From assembly GCA_965204755.1 (NCBI GenBank), contig OZ242011.1:1920001-1984000 (forward strand): 64,000 bases of DNA. The letters run 5' to 3'. The notes beneath the pieces were generated by a model. The model was given only the letters and a program-made list of their open reading frames with translations, was not told the origin of the DNA and did not search any database. This document shows, one piece after another, positions 8,366 through 17,747 of this stretch; positions within the stretch are counted from its first letter, which is position 1, and every line of letters starts with the position of its first letter. The DNA comes from Candidatus Marinacidobacterium sp. Lineage in GTDB: Bacteria; Acidobacteriota; Vicinamibacteria; Marinacidobacterales; Marinacidobacteraceae. The position numbers and the translations under genes are program-made.

Positions 8366-11263
8366 ATGCGCAACCGACTTACCCTCGCGGCCTTCGGGGC
8401 CGCGCTCGCTTTTGCCCTGCCCGCCGCGAGTCCGGCGGCCGCCCAGGAACTCCGGGGGCGGCTGGTCGGCACCGTGAGCGACGCCACCGGGGCCGTCCTC
8501 CCCGGGGTGACGGTCATGGCGTCCAGCCCGGCGATGATCCAGGACCAGACCACGGTCACCGGCGGGCAGGGGACCTATGTGTTCCCCGCGCTGCCCACCG
8601 GGGTCTATTCGGTGACCTTCTCGCTCTCCGGGTTCGGCTCGGTCGTCCGGGAAGACATCCAGATGACCCTGAACACCACCCTCACGGTGAACGCCACGCT
8701 CAATGTGGGCGGGGTCGAGGAGGTCATCACGATCACCGGTGAAGCGCCGGTGGTGGATGTGAAGACCACCGCCACCGGCGTGAACTTCACCGAGGAACTC
8801 CTCGAAGACATCCCGAACGCCCGCGACATCTGGGCGGCCATGGCGCAGGCGCCCGGCTTCCAGATGGAGGGCTACGATGTGGGCGGCTCCCATACCGGCA
8901 CGCAGACCGGCTTCCAGGCCTTCGGCTTCGGCGACCAGCACCGGACGCTGCTCGAAGGCATCAATGTGACGGAGACCACCTCCGGCAACGCCGGCTACTT
9001 CGACTACGGGAGTTTCGAGGACTTCCAACTCGGCGGTTCGGGCAACATGGGCGAAACCCACGGCCTCGGCGCCTTCTTCAACCTCACGGTGAAGTCCGGC
9101 GGCGACCGCTTCAACGGCGACATCTATGTGGACTTCGAGAACGACAGCACGGTCGGCGACAATGTGCCGGATTCGCTCCGCACCGGCGGCGGCACCGTAG
9201 GGCCGTACAAGGCCGGCGGCGACGGCCTCCAGGCCGGGAACCCGATCACGCTGCAGAGCGACATCAATGTGGGAATCGGCGGCCCGATCTGGCCCGGCAA
9301 GGCGTGGTTCTACGCGGGCTACCGCCTGAACCACCAGGAGAAGTTGACGATCGGCAACCCCGACCCGGCGACGACCCAGTTGGGCAACTGGACGGGGAAG
9401 GCGACCTACCAGTTGTCCGATTCCAGCCAGTTGATCGGCTTCTTCAACCGGCGCTCCAAACTCCAGGCCGAGCGCGGACTCGGCGGCGATCGGCCGCTCG
9501 ACACGGCGTGGTATCAGGCATCCGTCAACAAGCCGATGAAGATCGAGTACACGAATGTGGTTTCCGACCAGGTGTTCCTCAACTTGCAGGTGAGCCACTG
9601 GATCAACCAGTTCCCGTTGTATCCGACCCAAACGAAGTCCGAAAGCGTGGAAGGCATTTCCGCGGGCCGTCGCGACCAAGGGACCGGCGACTACACGAAC
9701 GCCTACTCCTACTATCACTTCCGCAAGGTCACGAAGCCGCAGTTTTCGGGCAACCTGACCTACTTCGCCGATGATTTGGGCGGGCAGCACACTTTCAAGA
9801 TCGGCACGGAGGTCTACCGGGAGCGTCGGAGTTTCTTGCGCATGCAGCCCGAAGACATCTTCTATTGGGATCGGGACGGCGAAGTCGAGGATGTATCCAT
9901 CTACAACACGCCGAACACCGGCGTGAACGACATCTATCTCACTTCCGCCTATGCGCAGGATGCGTGGACGATCAACGACCGACTCACCCTGAACCTCGGC
10001 CTTCGCTTCGACCGCTACCGCATGGGATGGCCGGACCAGTCCATGTCCCCGACCCACTCCGACATCTTCGCTCCGCTCGAGGTGTCGCAGCGCGATGTCC
10101 TGACCTTCTCGAACATCGGGCCTCGGATCGGCGCCGCCTTCGACTTGACCGGTGAAGGAACGACCGTGCTGAAGTTGTTCGGCGGCCGGTTCTACTGGAA
10201 TCCCAGCACGACGATCGTCGACGACGAGAATCCCGTCGGCCAAGCCGCATTCCGCCACCGCTTCAATGACCTCAACGGCAACCGGATCTTGGATCCCGGG
10301 CCGAGCGGCGGCTTGGCGGACTCACCGGAACTGGGCGAAAAACTGAGCACCTCGGGCGGCGCCGGTTTCGTCACCGTGGACCCGAACCTGACGAACGCCT
10401 ACGGCCACGAAGCCTCGGCGCACTTCGAGCACCAGTTGGCGGACAACTTCTCCTTCCGCGCCTCCTATGTGCACAAGAACTCGCGCAACGGCTACGGCAT
10501 CGTGGACTTGGGCCGGGCGAACGCCTACAACATCCCGTTCACCTACGAAGACCGGGGCGCGGACAATGTGGCCGGTACCGGCGACGACCAGACGATCCAA
10601 CTCGTGGACCGTCCGTCGGGCGTCGATGAGAACCGGATGTATGTGAACCCCGGAGCGCACGGCTTGCCGGCGCCGGACGGGAACTACCACACCATCGAAG
10701 TGGCCCTGAACCGGCGTTTCTCCGACCGCTGGATGTTCCTGACCTCGTTCCTCCACACCTGGGCCAACGCCCACATGCGCACGACCGCCTCGACCAGCGT
10801 GCGCGCCGCCGCCCGTTTCGACTTCGTCGAGGGGACGACCTACGAGTGGCGGCCGAACCAGTCGCTCCGCCTCGGCGCCATCGACACGACCTACTGGAAC
10901 TACAAGATGGTCGGTCGCTACATCTTCCCGTGGGATGTGGGCGTCAGCGCGTCCTACAAACTGCAGAGCGGCTACCAGACGGCTCGCCGGATCAGCGTCC
11001 GGCTGCCGAACGCCGGCACGGAGCGCGTGATGGCCTCGCCGTACGACGAACGCGCCCCCAGCGTCGGCATCTTCGACATGCGCGCCGAGAAGGCGTTCAC
11101 GCTCCCGAAGGGCGTGAATGTGGCCCTGCTGTTCGACGGCTTCAACCTGCTCAACAGTTCGACGGTGCTCAACTACCGCACCATCTCGGGCGGCCGCTAC
11201 AACGAGATCGTCGCCATTCTCGACCCCCGCATCTTCCGCGTAGGCGTCCGGATCGAGTTCTGA
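8366..11263 (+). CDS. TonB-dependent receptor with N-terminal carboxypeptidase-regulatory-like domain
   Basis: Signal peptide, GTVSDATGAVLPGVTV, YAQDAWTINDRLTLNLGLRFD, C-terminal PR...GVRIEF; AAGGAG RBS. Confidence 0.93.
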   Translation: MRNRLTLAAFGAALAFALPAASPAAAQELRGRLVGTVSDATGAVLPGVTVMASSPAMIQDQTTVTGGQGTYVFPALPTGVYSVTFSLSGFGSVVREDIQMTLNTTLTVNATLNVGGVEEVITITGEAPVVDVKTTATGVNFTEELLEDIPNARDIWAAMAQAPGFQMEGYDVGGSHTGTQTGFQAFGFGDQHRTLLEGINVTETTSGNAGYFDYGSFEDFQLGGSGNMGETHGLGAFFNLTVKSGGDRFNGDIYVDFENDSTVGDNVPDSLRTGGGTVGPYKAGGDGLQAGNPITLQSDINVGIGGPIWPGKAWFYAGYRLNHQEKLTIGNPDPATTQLGNWTGKATYQLSDSSQLIGFFNRRSKLQAERGLGGDRPLDTAWYQASVNKPMKIEYTNVVSDQVFLNLQVSHWINQFPLYPTQTKSESVEGISAGRRDQGTGDYTNAYSYYHFRKVTKPQFSGNLTYFADDLGGQHTFKIGTEVYRERRSFLRMQPEDIFYWDRDGEVEDVSIYNTPNTGVNDIYLTSAYAQDAWTINDRLTLNLGLRFDRYRMGWPDQSMSPTHSDIFAPLEVSQRDVLTFSNIGPRIGAAFDLTGEGTTVLKLFGGRFYWNPSTTIVDDENPVGQAAFRHRFNDLNGNRILDPGPSGGLADSPELGEKLSTSGGAGFVTVDPNLTNAYGHEASAHFEHQLADNFSFRASYVHKNSRNGYGIVDLGRANAYNIPFTYEDRGADNVAGTGDDQTIQLVDRPSGVDENRMYVNPGAHGLPAPDGNYHTIEVALNRRFSDRWMFLTSFLHTWANAHMRTTASTSVRAAARFDFVEGTTYEWRPNQSLRLGAIDTTYWNYKMVGRYIFPWDVGVSASYKLQSGYQTARRISVRLPNAGTERVMASPYDERAPSVGIFDMRAEKAFTLPKGVNVALLFDGFNLLNSSTVLNYRTISGGRYNEIVAILDPRIFRVGVRIEF

Positions 11264-11301
11264 GTCCGAACGAAACGACCGTGTAGAACCCTACCCGGCG
11301 C

Positions 11302-11340
11302 GGGCGGCGCTCCCCACCGAGGGAGCGCCGCCCTTCGTGT
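11302..11340 (+). terminator. Putative intrinsic terminator after the TonB receptor
   Basis: Perfect 13-bp stem GGGCGGCGCTCCC / GGGAGCGCCGCCC with 6-nt loop; weak U tail. Confidence 0.55.
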
Positions 11341-11487
11341 GTACTCCGGGCTCCCCGGAAGTGGCCGCGCTGCGATGTCGTTGGCGACAGGATCGGTGCC
11401 TCCACCCTCGGTGATCCGGCTAAACTTCACCCGTCCGGGCCGCCTCGCGCGGCTTGGACACTACTTGGCCCGAAAGGAGGGCTGAAC

Positions 11488-11718
11488 ATGCTTGACCTGA
11501 AGAAACTCATCGAGGAGGCGATGTCTCTCGTTGCCGACCGGCACGCGCTCTCGCTGTACAGCAATGGTGACTTCGTGGTGTCGGGCGAAGTCCCGCCCGT
11601 CGTGGTGAGCGCCGACAAGCGATCGTCGTCCGCGGTCTCGATAACGGGACGAGGACAGACGCTTGAAGACGCGCTGACCGCGTTCATCAACCGCGCCGCT
11701 GCCAAGGAGGGCGAATAG
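11488..11718 (+). CDS. Small hypothetical protein (weak HicB-like G.T.EDA motif)
   Basis: AAGGAGG RBS; 76 aa; first of three coupled low-GC ORFs. Confidence 0.65.
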   Translation: MLDLKKLIEEAMSLVADRHALSLYSNGDFVVSGEVPPVVVSADKRSSSAVSITGRGQTLEDALTAFINRAAAKEGE

Positions 11719-11720
11719 CC

Positions 11721-12029
11721 GTGGTTTCCATCTCACTGGACGCGATACCCGACGAAGTTCTGGGTGTCTCGTTAGAAGACCGGTCGATGGCGATGTACCT
11801 TTCGATCCATGTCGTGAAGAAGATTCTCGCTGCCGTACACGCGGAGAAAGCGGAAGTCGTGATCAACAAACCGAAAGGCGAAGCCTTTTATCGGTTCGTG
11901 CACGATGGCGATGTGCATGAGATCGAGATCGCGTCGCGCCACGAAATTGAGTCGTTGATGAAGAATCTCAATGTGACCTATCGTGATCTCTTGGATCACG
12001 AGAGTAATTCTGCGGCGGGTGTTGCATGA
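11721..12029 (+). CDS. Small hypothetical protein
   Basis: AAGGAGG RBS; starts 2 nt after the upstream stop; stop overlaps next start (ATGA). Confidence 0.65.
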   Translation: MVSISLDAIPDEVLGVSLEDRSMAMYLSIHVVKKILAAVHAEKAEVVINKPKGEAFYRFVHDGDVHEIEIASRHEIESLMKNLNVTYRDLLDHESNSAAGVA

Positions 12030-12388
12030 CTGCCAAGAAGCCGGGGATTCACGGGTTGATTCTTCGAGACGGAGACCCATTGTGGTTGATCTTCCCCTCC
12101 ACTCGCCCGTCCGACCTTCGTCGGATTCTGATGGAACAGAAGGGCCAACAGGAAGCCGCTATCGAGATCGACAGTCGTGGCGGCAGCATTGATGCGGCAT
12201 GGGAGATGAAGAAGGTAATCGAGGAGTTTAGGGCGGAGACAGGTATGAGAATAGTGTCCCATACCCGCCTTGCCGTTGTAGCCGCCACGATCCCGATGCT
12301 GGCGTGCGATCATCGAATCATGTATCACGACGGCAAGATGTGTTTTGCTGGACCTCGTGTGCCGTTCGGACTCAGCGATCCGCTCTGA
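12026..12388 (+). CDS. Truncated ClpP/crotonase-like protein with substituted catalytic residues
   Basis: IEIDSRGGSI and LAVVAATIPMLACDHRIM...MCFAGP align with ClpP INSPGG / AASAAS..AGD.R.M...MIHQP. Confidence 0.55.
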   Translation: MTAKKPGIHGLILRDGDPLWLIFPSTRPSDLRRILMEQKGQQEAAIEIDSRGGSIDAAWEMKKVIEEFRAETGMRIVSHTRLAVVAATIPMLACDHRIMYHDGKMCFAGPRVPFGLSDPL

Positions 12389-12438
12389 TGCACGCCGACG
12401 CGGGCGAAATGGGCGGATCGCTCACGCCGCCCACCGGG

Positions 12439-13782
12439 TCATGGATGCGTGCGGGCGAGCCTGACCGGTACCGGCGACGCCCCGGCCTGCTCCGCCCCGA
12501 AGCGCGACAGCGAGAAGAACGGCTCCTTCTCCCGCTCCCCCAGCGCCTGCGCCGCGGTCATCTCCCCCAGCGACGGCCCCAACTTGTACCCGTGCCCCGA
12601 GCCCCCGCCCACGAGCCACGCGTTGTCCGCCTCCGGGTGCGTGTCCACGATCAGGTGGCCGTCGGCGCTCTGCTCGTACTGGCACACCCGCGCCTCCAAC
12701 AGCGGCGCGCCGCGCATCGCCGGGAACCGCCGCTCCATGTACTCCCGCCCGGCCCGGATCGCTTCCGGTGACGGTGTCCGGTCGCCGTTCGTGGGGTCGA
12801 ACGGCGCCCCCCGCGCGTCGTCCGCCACCTTGAACCCGCGGTAGTTGCTGCCGGGAATGCCGTAGAACAGGCTCTCCCCGCTCTCCACCCAAACCGGCAA
12901 CTCGGCCTCGGTGAGGTCCGTCCTCCCCGGCGGCGTCCCGAAGTAGAGGATCTCCTGCCGCGTCGGCTCCACCAGCGGCGGATCGAACCCCGGGAACAAC
13001 TCCGGCAGCCACGGCCCGGCGGCGAACACGAAGAGGTCCGCTTCGACCCGCTCCGCCCCTCCCACCCGCAACTCGCGCATCCGTCCCCCGCGCATCGCGC
13101 CGGGCGCCGCCTCCGCGGTGCGGAAGGTCCCGCCCTCCCGCGCGAACGCCTCGAGCACCCGCTGGCAGCCGCGCCGCGCGAGCAGGTAACCGGCGCCCTT
13201 CTCGTGGAGCGCGTAGGTGATCCCCTCCGGCGAAATCTGCGGGAACCGGCGGCCGACCTCCGGGCCGTCCAGTTCGTCGAAGTCGAGCCCGAGGTCGCGG
13301 AAGATCGGCGCGGCGTCCCGCGCGTAGTCGTCGTCCCCGCCGCTCATCCAGAGCGCGCCTGTGGGGAAGAGCAGCCGGTCGCTCCACCGCGCCTCGTTCT
13401 CCCGCCAGAGTTCGAGCGCCCGCACCACCATCTCGGTGTAGATCCGGAACGGCCCGTAGGTGGCGCGGATGACCCGCGTCTCGCCGCCGGAACTCGCCCG
13501 CGAATTCCCCGGCCCCCACGCGTCCACCAGCGTGACCTCCGCCCCGGCCCGCAGCAGGTGGAGCGCCGTCCACCCCCCGAACGCCCCGGCCCCGACCACC
13601 GCCGCCCGAACCCCCCGCCCGGCCTGCGCCCCCGGCGCCCCGAGCGGCGCCGCCTCAGCGCGGCGACGGCCCCCGCCGAGGAGCCCCGCCGCCGACCCGG
13701 CGGTAGCGATCCCGGCCGTAGCGAACGAAGTCGCCAGCACCCGCCGACGGGAGATGCGGTTGTTGTCTCGCGGTTCCATCAC
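12439..13782 (-). CDS. Tat-exported FAD-dependent oxidoreductase (sarcosine oxidase/SolA-like)
   Basis: SRRRVL Tat motif, VVGAGAFG, ASSGGETRVIR, VCQYE and GGSGHGYK motifs. Confidence 0.88.
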   Translation of the reverse strand: MMEPRDNNRISRRRVLATSFATAGIATAGSAAGLLGGGRRRAEAAPLGAPGAQAGRGVRAAVVGAGAFGGWTALHLLRAGAEVTLVDAWGPGNSRASSGGETRVIRATYGPFRIYTEMVVRALELWRENEARWSDRLLFPTGALWMSGGDDDYARDAAPIFRDLGLDFDELDGPEVGRRFPQISPEGITYALHEKGAGYLLARRGCQRVLEAFAREGGTFRTAEAAPGAMRGGRMRELRVGGAERVEADLFVFAAGPWLPELFPGFDPPLVEPTRQEILYFGTPPGRTDLTEAELPVWVESGESLFYGIPGSNYRGFKVADDARGAPFDPTNGDRTPSPEAIRAGREYMERRFPAMRGAPLLEARVCQYEQSADGHLIVDTHPEADNAWLVGGGSGHGYKLGPSLGEMTAAQALGEREKEPFFSLSRFGAEQAGASPVPVRLARTHP

Positions 13783-14057
13783 GGCCTCCTGCTCCTCTCT
13801 GCCCGCGGCCGACCGCCGACCGGGGAGTTATCGGATGATGGCCGATTCTACGGACGAACGCGCCTCGGAGCGGGGGAAAGCCGTCGCCGGCGAGCCCCCC
13901 GCCGCCGTCCCGTGGGGACGGGCGCCGCTGGCTATGGTTCGCTTCGGCGACGCGTCCCCCGATCCACCGTCGAGCGACCGGCCTCCGAGGAGACCCGGCG
14001 CGACGGCGCGATCCGACACCCGGCGGGGCGATTCACGCTCTCGAAGGAGATCCGACG

Positions 14058-14621
14058 ATGACCGACACCGAACTCGCCGCGGCCGTCACCTCTCTCGTGT
14101 CGCTGGCCGGGCTGCTCGTTCTTCTCCGCCTCTACCGGGACTACTCGGTGGACCGGTTCCGCGCGGAGATGTTCGCGCTCCGCGACGAGATGTTCGACTT
14201 CGCCGCCTCCGGAGGAATCGCCTTCTGGCGCCCCGCCTACGGAAGGCTCCGGCTGACGATGAACGGCTTCGCGCGCCGGGCGCCCCGGATGCGACTCATG
14301 GAGATCGTCCTCTTTCGGCTCCTTTCCCGACGCGACCGCGGCGGGATCGCCGAAATCGACGCGGCCTGGGAAAAGGCGCTCGACGGCCTGGACGACACCG
14401 CGCGGCGCCGACTGAACGACTTTCGAGGCCGTATGCGCCGAATCGTGATCGCCCACCTGCTGTTCCGCTCTCCCGCCGCCGTCGCCACGCTCATCGCCTC
14501 TCTGGCGACTCGGGCCGCCGGCGCGAGGTTCACCGACTTCGCGAGGGACCGGACGAAGGCGCTCCTGGCGAGTGCGGAAGCCGTAGCGTTCGAGTACGGA
14601 CAGACGCCGGCGACGGCCTGA
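14058..14621 (+). CDS. Hypothetical membrane-anchored protein
   Basis: AAGGAG RBS; N-terminal TM helix followed by FR..MF.LRDEMFD. Confidence 0.7.
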   Translation: MTDTELAAAVTSLVSLAGLLVLLRLYRDYSVDRFRAEMFALRDEMFDFAASGGIAFWRPAYGRLRLTMNGFARRAPRMRLMEIVLFRLLSRRDRGGIAEIDAAWEKALDGLDDTARRRLNDFRGRMRRIVIAHLLFRSPAAVATLIASLATRAAGARFTDFARDRTKALLASAEAVAFEYGQTPATA

Positions 14622-14631
14622 TCTCCGTCAC

Positions 14632-15507
14632 CTACTCTGCAGGAGCCGGCGAATAGCCGGATTCGCTCGGCCCTGCCGCGAAGATCGTGAGCAGCAACTC
14701 CGATTCGTTGATGAGACGATATTCGGGACGCCGTCCGGAGTATTCCTCGCTTCGCCGAAGCAGGATTCGAACACCCTCGCCTCGACTCTTCATGAGAGTC
14801 GTCTGCCTCGTCTTGAGCCGGGGTATCCCGGACGGCACCTCGATATCCTCCAGCAGACTGGAAACTGCGATGTTTCGCGTAACTTGGCGGAACTGCAGGG
14901 TTTCGATACTGAGCGAGTTGAGCAACCTTCCGGGAGAGTAGATCTCCAAGCGGTCGCAGAACATCCGGAGGCGGATGTGGGATCCACTCACCGAGTAGTC
15001 CCGGTGGGCGACGGCGTTCACCAACGCCTCGAAAACGGACATCATGTCGTACTGGGGGATGTCCATTCTTCCGACGGCCTTCGTCGCCGCGACCTTCTGG
15101 TTTCGAGCGACGAAGTGGCAGGCCTCTTCGATCTGCCGATCCAGCGGGCCTTCGATGTCGCGGGCGTCCAGTTGATAGTGCGTGGCATCCAGGGACTCGA
15201 CGATCTTCCTTCCCCGGTAGGCAACCGCTTGGACGAAGGCGTGCGGGAACCATTGCTGCGGGTTCGTCGAGCCGAGCAGGATCCCGGCTACCGTCGGTCG
15301 AGTGTCTTGGTCTTCCGAGACCGTGACCATGTTGCGCCTCCCCGCAACGGTCAGTTCGTCCTCCTTCTTCGCCTCGGCGCCGAATCGCCGGATCAGCGCC
15401 ATGTCCAAGTCTCCGACTGACGCCGTAGGGACGATCTGCTCATCGAAAGAGATCCAGGGCACCCCGCCGAGATGCGGCAGGAACGGGGACCACATCTCGG
15501 TGTTCAT
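14632..15507 (-). CDS. HATPase_c_4 (RecG C-terminal-like) protein lacking the AlbA_2 domain
   Basis: FDEQIV, PTVAGILL, EALVNAVAHRDYS, DRLEIYSPG and RGEGV motifs; ATG at 15507. Confidence 0.82.
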   Translation of the reverse strand: MNTEMWSPFLPHLGGVPWISFDEQIVPTASVGDLDMALIRRFGAEAKKEDELTVAGRRNMVTVSEDQDTRPTVAGILLGSTNPQQWFPHAFVQAVAYRGRKIVESLDATHYQLDARDIEGPLDRQIEEACHFVARNQKVAATKAVGRMDIPQYDMMSVFEALVNAVAHRDYSVSGSHIRLRMFCDRLEIYSPGRLLNSLSIETLQFRQVTRNIAVSSLLEDIEVPSGIPRLKTRQTTLMKSRGEGVRILLRRSEEYSGRRPEYRLINESELLLTIFAAGPSESGYSPAPAE

Positions 15508-15629
15508 GGCCGTTTCGAACTCCCGATCCGTTTGAGGTGTCCGCCCGGTCCCAAAAGGGGGTGCGGGCGGGCGTAGAGCGTAACGTGCCGGCGTTTCCGG
15601 GAACGAGCGCCCTCGAGGGGCAGGCCCGG

Positions 15630-17747
15630 CTACTCCGCGAGGGCCTTGAACACCGCGTTGGCGGGGTCGGCGTAGAACTCGATGTTGATCTTGGTCCAGA
15701 AGTTGTCGGGGAGGTCGTTCAGGTCGCGGCGCGAAGACACCGGCATCAGCAGGGTCGTGGCTTGGCGGTCCACGGCGGCTTCGGCGATCTCCACCGGCTT
15801 CGGCAGCCGCTCGACCGCCCCCCCGAGGCTCAGCGCCCCGACGACGACCGCGCCGCCGCGGACGCGGCGCTCCAGCAGCCCGCCCACCAGCGCCACCAGC
15901 GCCGGCAACCCGAGACCCGCGCCCGAACGGTCGGCGTCCAAGGCGTGGAGTTGGACCTGGTATTCGTGGCCGCGCGGATCGCGGTCGCCCACCAACTCCT
16001 TCGCCAGCGCGTAGAGGTTCTGTTCGCCGACGCGGACGCTCTCCCGGAAGCGCGGGGGCACCGGGTGGTTCAGGACGCGGGCGCCGCTCCCCGGGCCGAC
16101 CGCCGCCTCGATCCGGTAGAGGCCGGGCCCGGTTTCGCCGGTTCCCGGCCCGAAGGCCCAGACCTGCCCCGGCGGGAGCGGGTCCTCGTCGATCGCGTCG
16201 TCGCTCCGCAACTCCGGCGTGCCGACGAACTGCTCGATGCCGTCCGCGCCGAGCGTGTACGAGAAGCCGGTGTTGCGGAACTCGCTCTTGAGGCACCGCT
16301 TCTGCTGCTCCTTGACCCGGCGGCGCGCTTCCAGCGCCATCCTCACGATCCCTTCCAGGTCTTCGTCCGGGATCTCGGTCTCCGGGTCGGGGAACAGCAA
16401 CTTGACCAGCGCCGAGCAGGTCTTGTTCACCGCTTCCTGGTCGCGTCCGCTGAGCGCGCCGCCCCAATAGACCCGGTTGTGCAGGGCCGAAATCCTCGGC
16501 GCCTTCCGCATCTCGGTCCAGCACTCGCTGAGGAAGTCGCTGACCAGGCCGAACCGGTCGGTCAGGTGCGCTTCCGGGTCGAGTTTCGGGAAGTCCCAGC
16601 CGGGCGCGAAGGCGTGGATGCGGTCGTGGAAGGCGGTGTCGTTCCGCATCTCCTTCGGCAGCGGGCTGAGCAGGTGCCCGACCCGCTGTTGCCGCTCCAC
16701 ATCCAGGTCGAAGTTGCCGACCATGACGATGCCGCCCTCGGCGCGGATGCTCTCTTTGCCGCGGCTGAACTCGCCCGACGCCATGTAGCCCTTCATGATG
16801 TTCGCGCCGTCCTTCTGGTCGAAGGAGATGCCGGACACTTCGTCGAAGCAGACCACATCGTATTGGCACACCAGCCCGCGCTGGCCGCTCGCCATGTTGA
16901 CGAACATCTTGGCGACGGTGGCCTTGCCCCCGGAGATCAGGTGCGAGTAGGGCGAGATCTGCTGGTAGAGGTGGCTCTTGCCGGTGCCGCGCGGCCCGAG
17001 TTCGACCAGGTTGTAGTTCCGCTCCACGAACGGCGCCATCCGCAGCAGCGCGACCCGCTTGGCCCGCTCGTCGAGCGCCCCCGGTTCGAGTCCCACGGAA
17101 CGCAGCAGGAAGTCGCGCCATTCCTCGGTGCTGAACCGGCCGCGCCCTTCCGCCAGCCGCTTCAGGACATCCGGGTCCGACATCTGGATCGGGCGCAGGG
17201 ACTCGATGCGGAACGGTTCGCCGCCGGACTCCTGAGCCGCGATCGCGTCGTAGCGGAGCGTCACTTCGGCGTAGAAGCCGTCGGTGAGCATCCGCTGGTT
17301 CTCGCGCACCGTCGTCGGCTCGATACCCACCTGGCGCTCGCCGAGACTGGGCAACTCGACCAGGTAGCGGTCGCGCCGGGCGTCCAGCCGCGCCCGCACC
17401 AAGTCGATCAACTTGACCGTGCCGCGTTCCCGGGCGTCGGAGCGGAACCGCTCCCGGTCGGAGACGCGCACGGTGCGGCCCTGCAGTTGGCCTTCGACGA
17501 TCTGGAGCCCCTCCTCGATCTCGGCGTCGTCGGTGCTGGCGCAGAACCGCCCGAGCAGGAACTCCACCACATAGGTCGGCACCGGGAACTGCCGCGCGTA
17601 GCGGCGCACCAGGTCCTTGCGGACGAGGTAACCCGGGAACGCGTCCGCCGCGATCCGGTCGAGCGAGTCGAGTTCCCTCGGCGCCCCGTTGCCGTTTCCG
17701 GCGCCCGTTCCGTTGCCGTTGACGCCGGCGCTTTCGGATTCGTTCAT
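15630..17747 (-). CDS. brxL: BREX Lon-like protein BrxL
   Basis: VPTYVVEFLLG, FVERNYNLVELGPRGTGKSH, DVVCFDEV, GYMASGEFSRG and C-terminal Lon-like domain; ATGA coupling with pglZ. Confidence 0.95.
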   Translation of the reverse strand: MNESESAGVNGNGTGAGNGNGAPRELDSLDRIAADAFPGYLVRKDLVRRYARQFPVPTYVVEFLLGRFCASTDDAEIEEGLQIVEGQLQGRTVRVSDRERFRSDARERGTVKLIDLVRARLDARRDRYLVELPSLGERQVGIEPTTVRENQRMLTDGFYAEVTLRYDAIAAQESGGEPFRIESLRPIQMSDPDVLKRLAEGRGRFSTEEWRDFLLRSVGLEPGALDERAKRVALLRMAPFVERNYNLVELGPRGTGKSHLYQQISPYSHLISGGKATVAKMFVNMASGQRGLVCQYDVVCFDEVSGISFDQKDGANIMKGYMASGEFSRGKESIRAEGGIVMVGNFDLDVERQQRVGHLLSPLPKEMRNDTAFHDRIHAFAPGWDFPKLDPEAHLTDRFGLVSDFLSECWTEMRKAPRISALHNRVYWGGALSGRDQEAVNKTCSALVKLLFPDPETEIPDEDLEGIVRMALEARRRVKEQQKRCLKSEFRNTGFSYTLGADGIEQFVGTPELRSDDAIDEDPLPPGQVWAFGPGTGETGPGLYRIEAAVGPGSGARVLNHPVPPRFRESVRVGEQNLYALAKELVGDRDPRGHEYQVQLHALDADRSGAGLGLPALVALVGGLLERRVRGGAVVVGALSLGGAVERLPKPVEIAEAAVDRQATTLLMPVSSRRDLNDLPDNFWTKINIEFYADPANAVFKALAE

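Noticed and set aside
7049-10258. 1069-aa ORF as a single gene
   Set aside because: The first ~685 codons are the antisense shadow of the TonB receptor; ATPase homology begins at GTG 8203.
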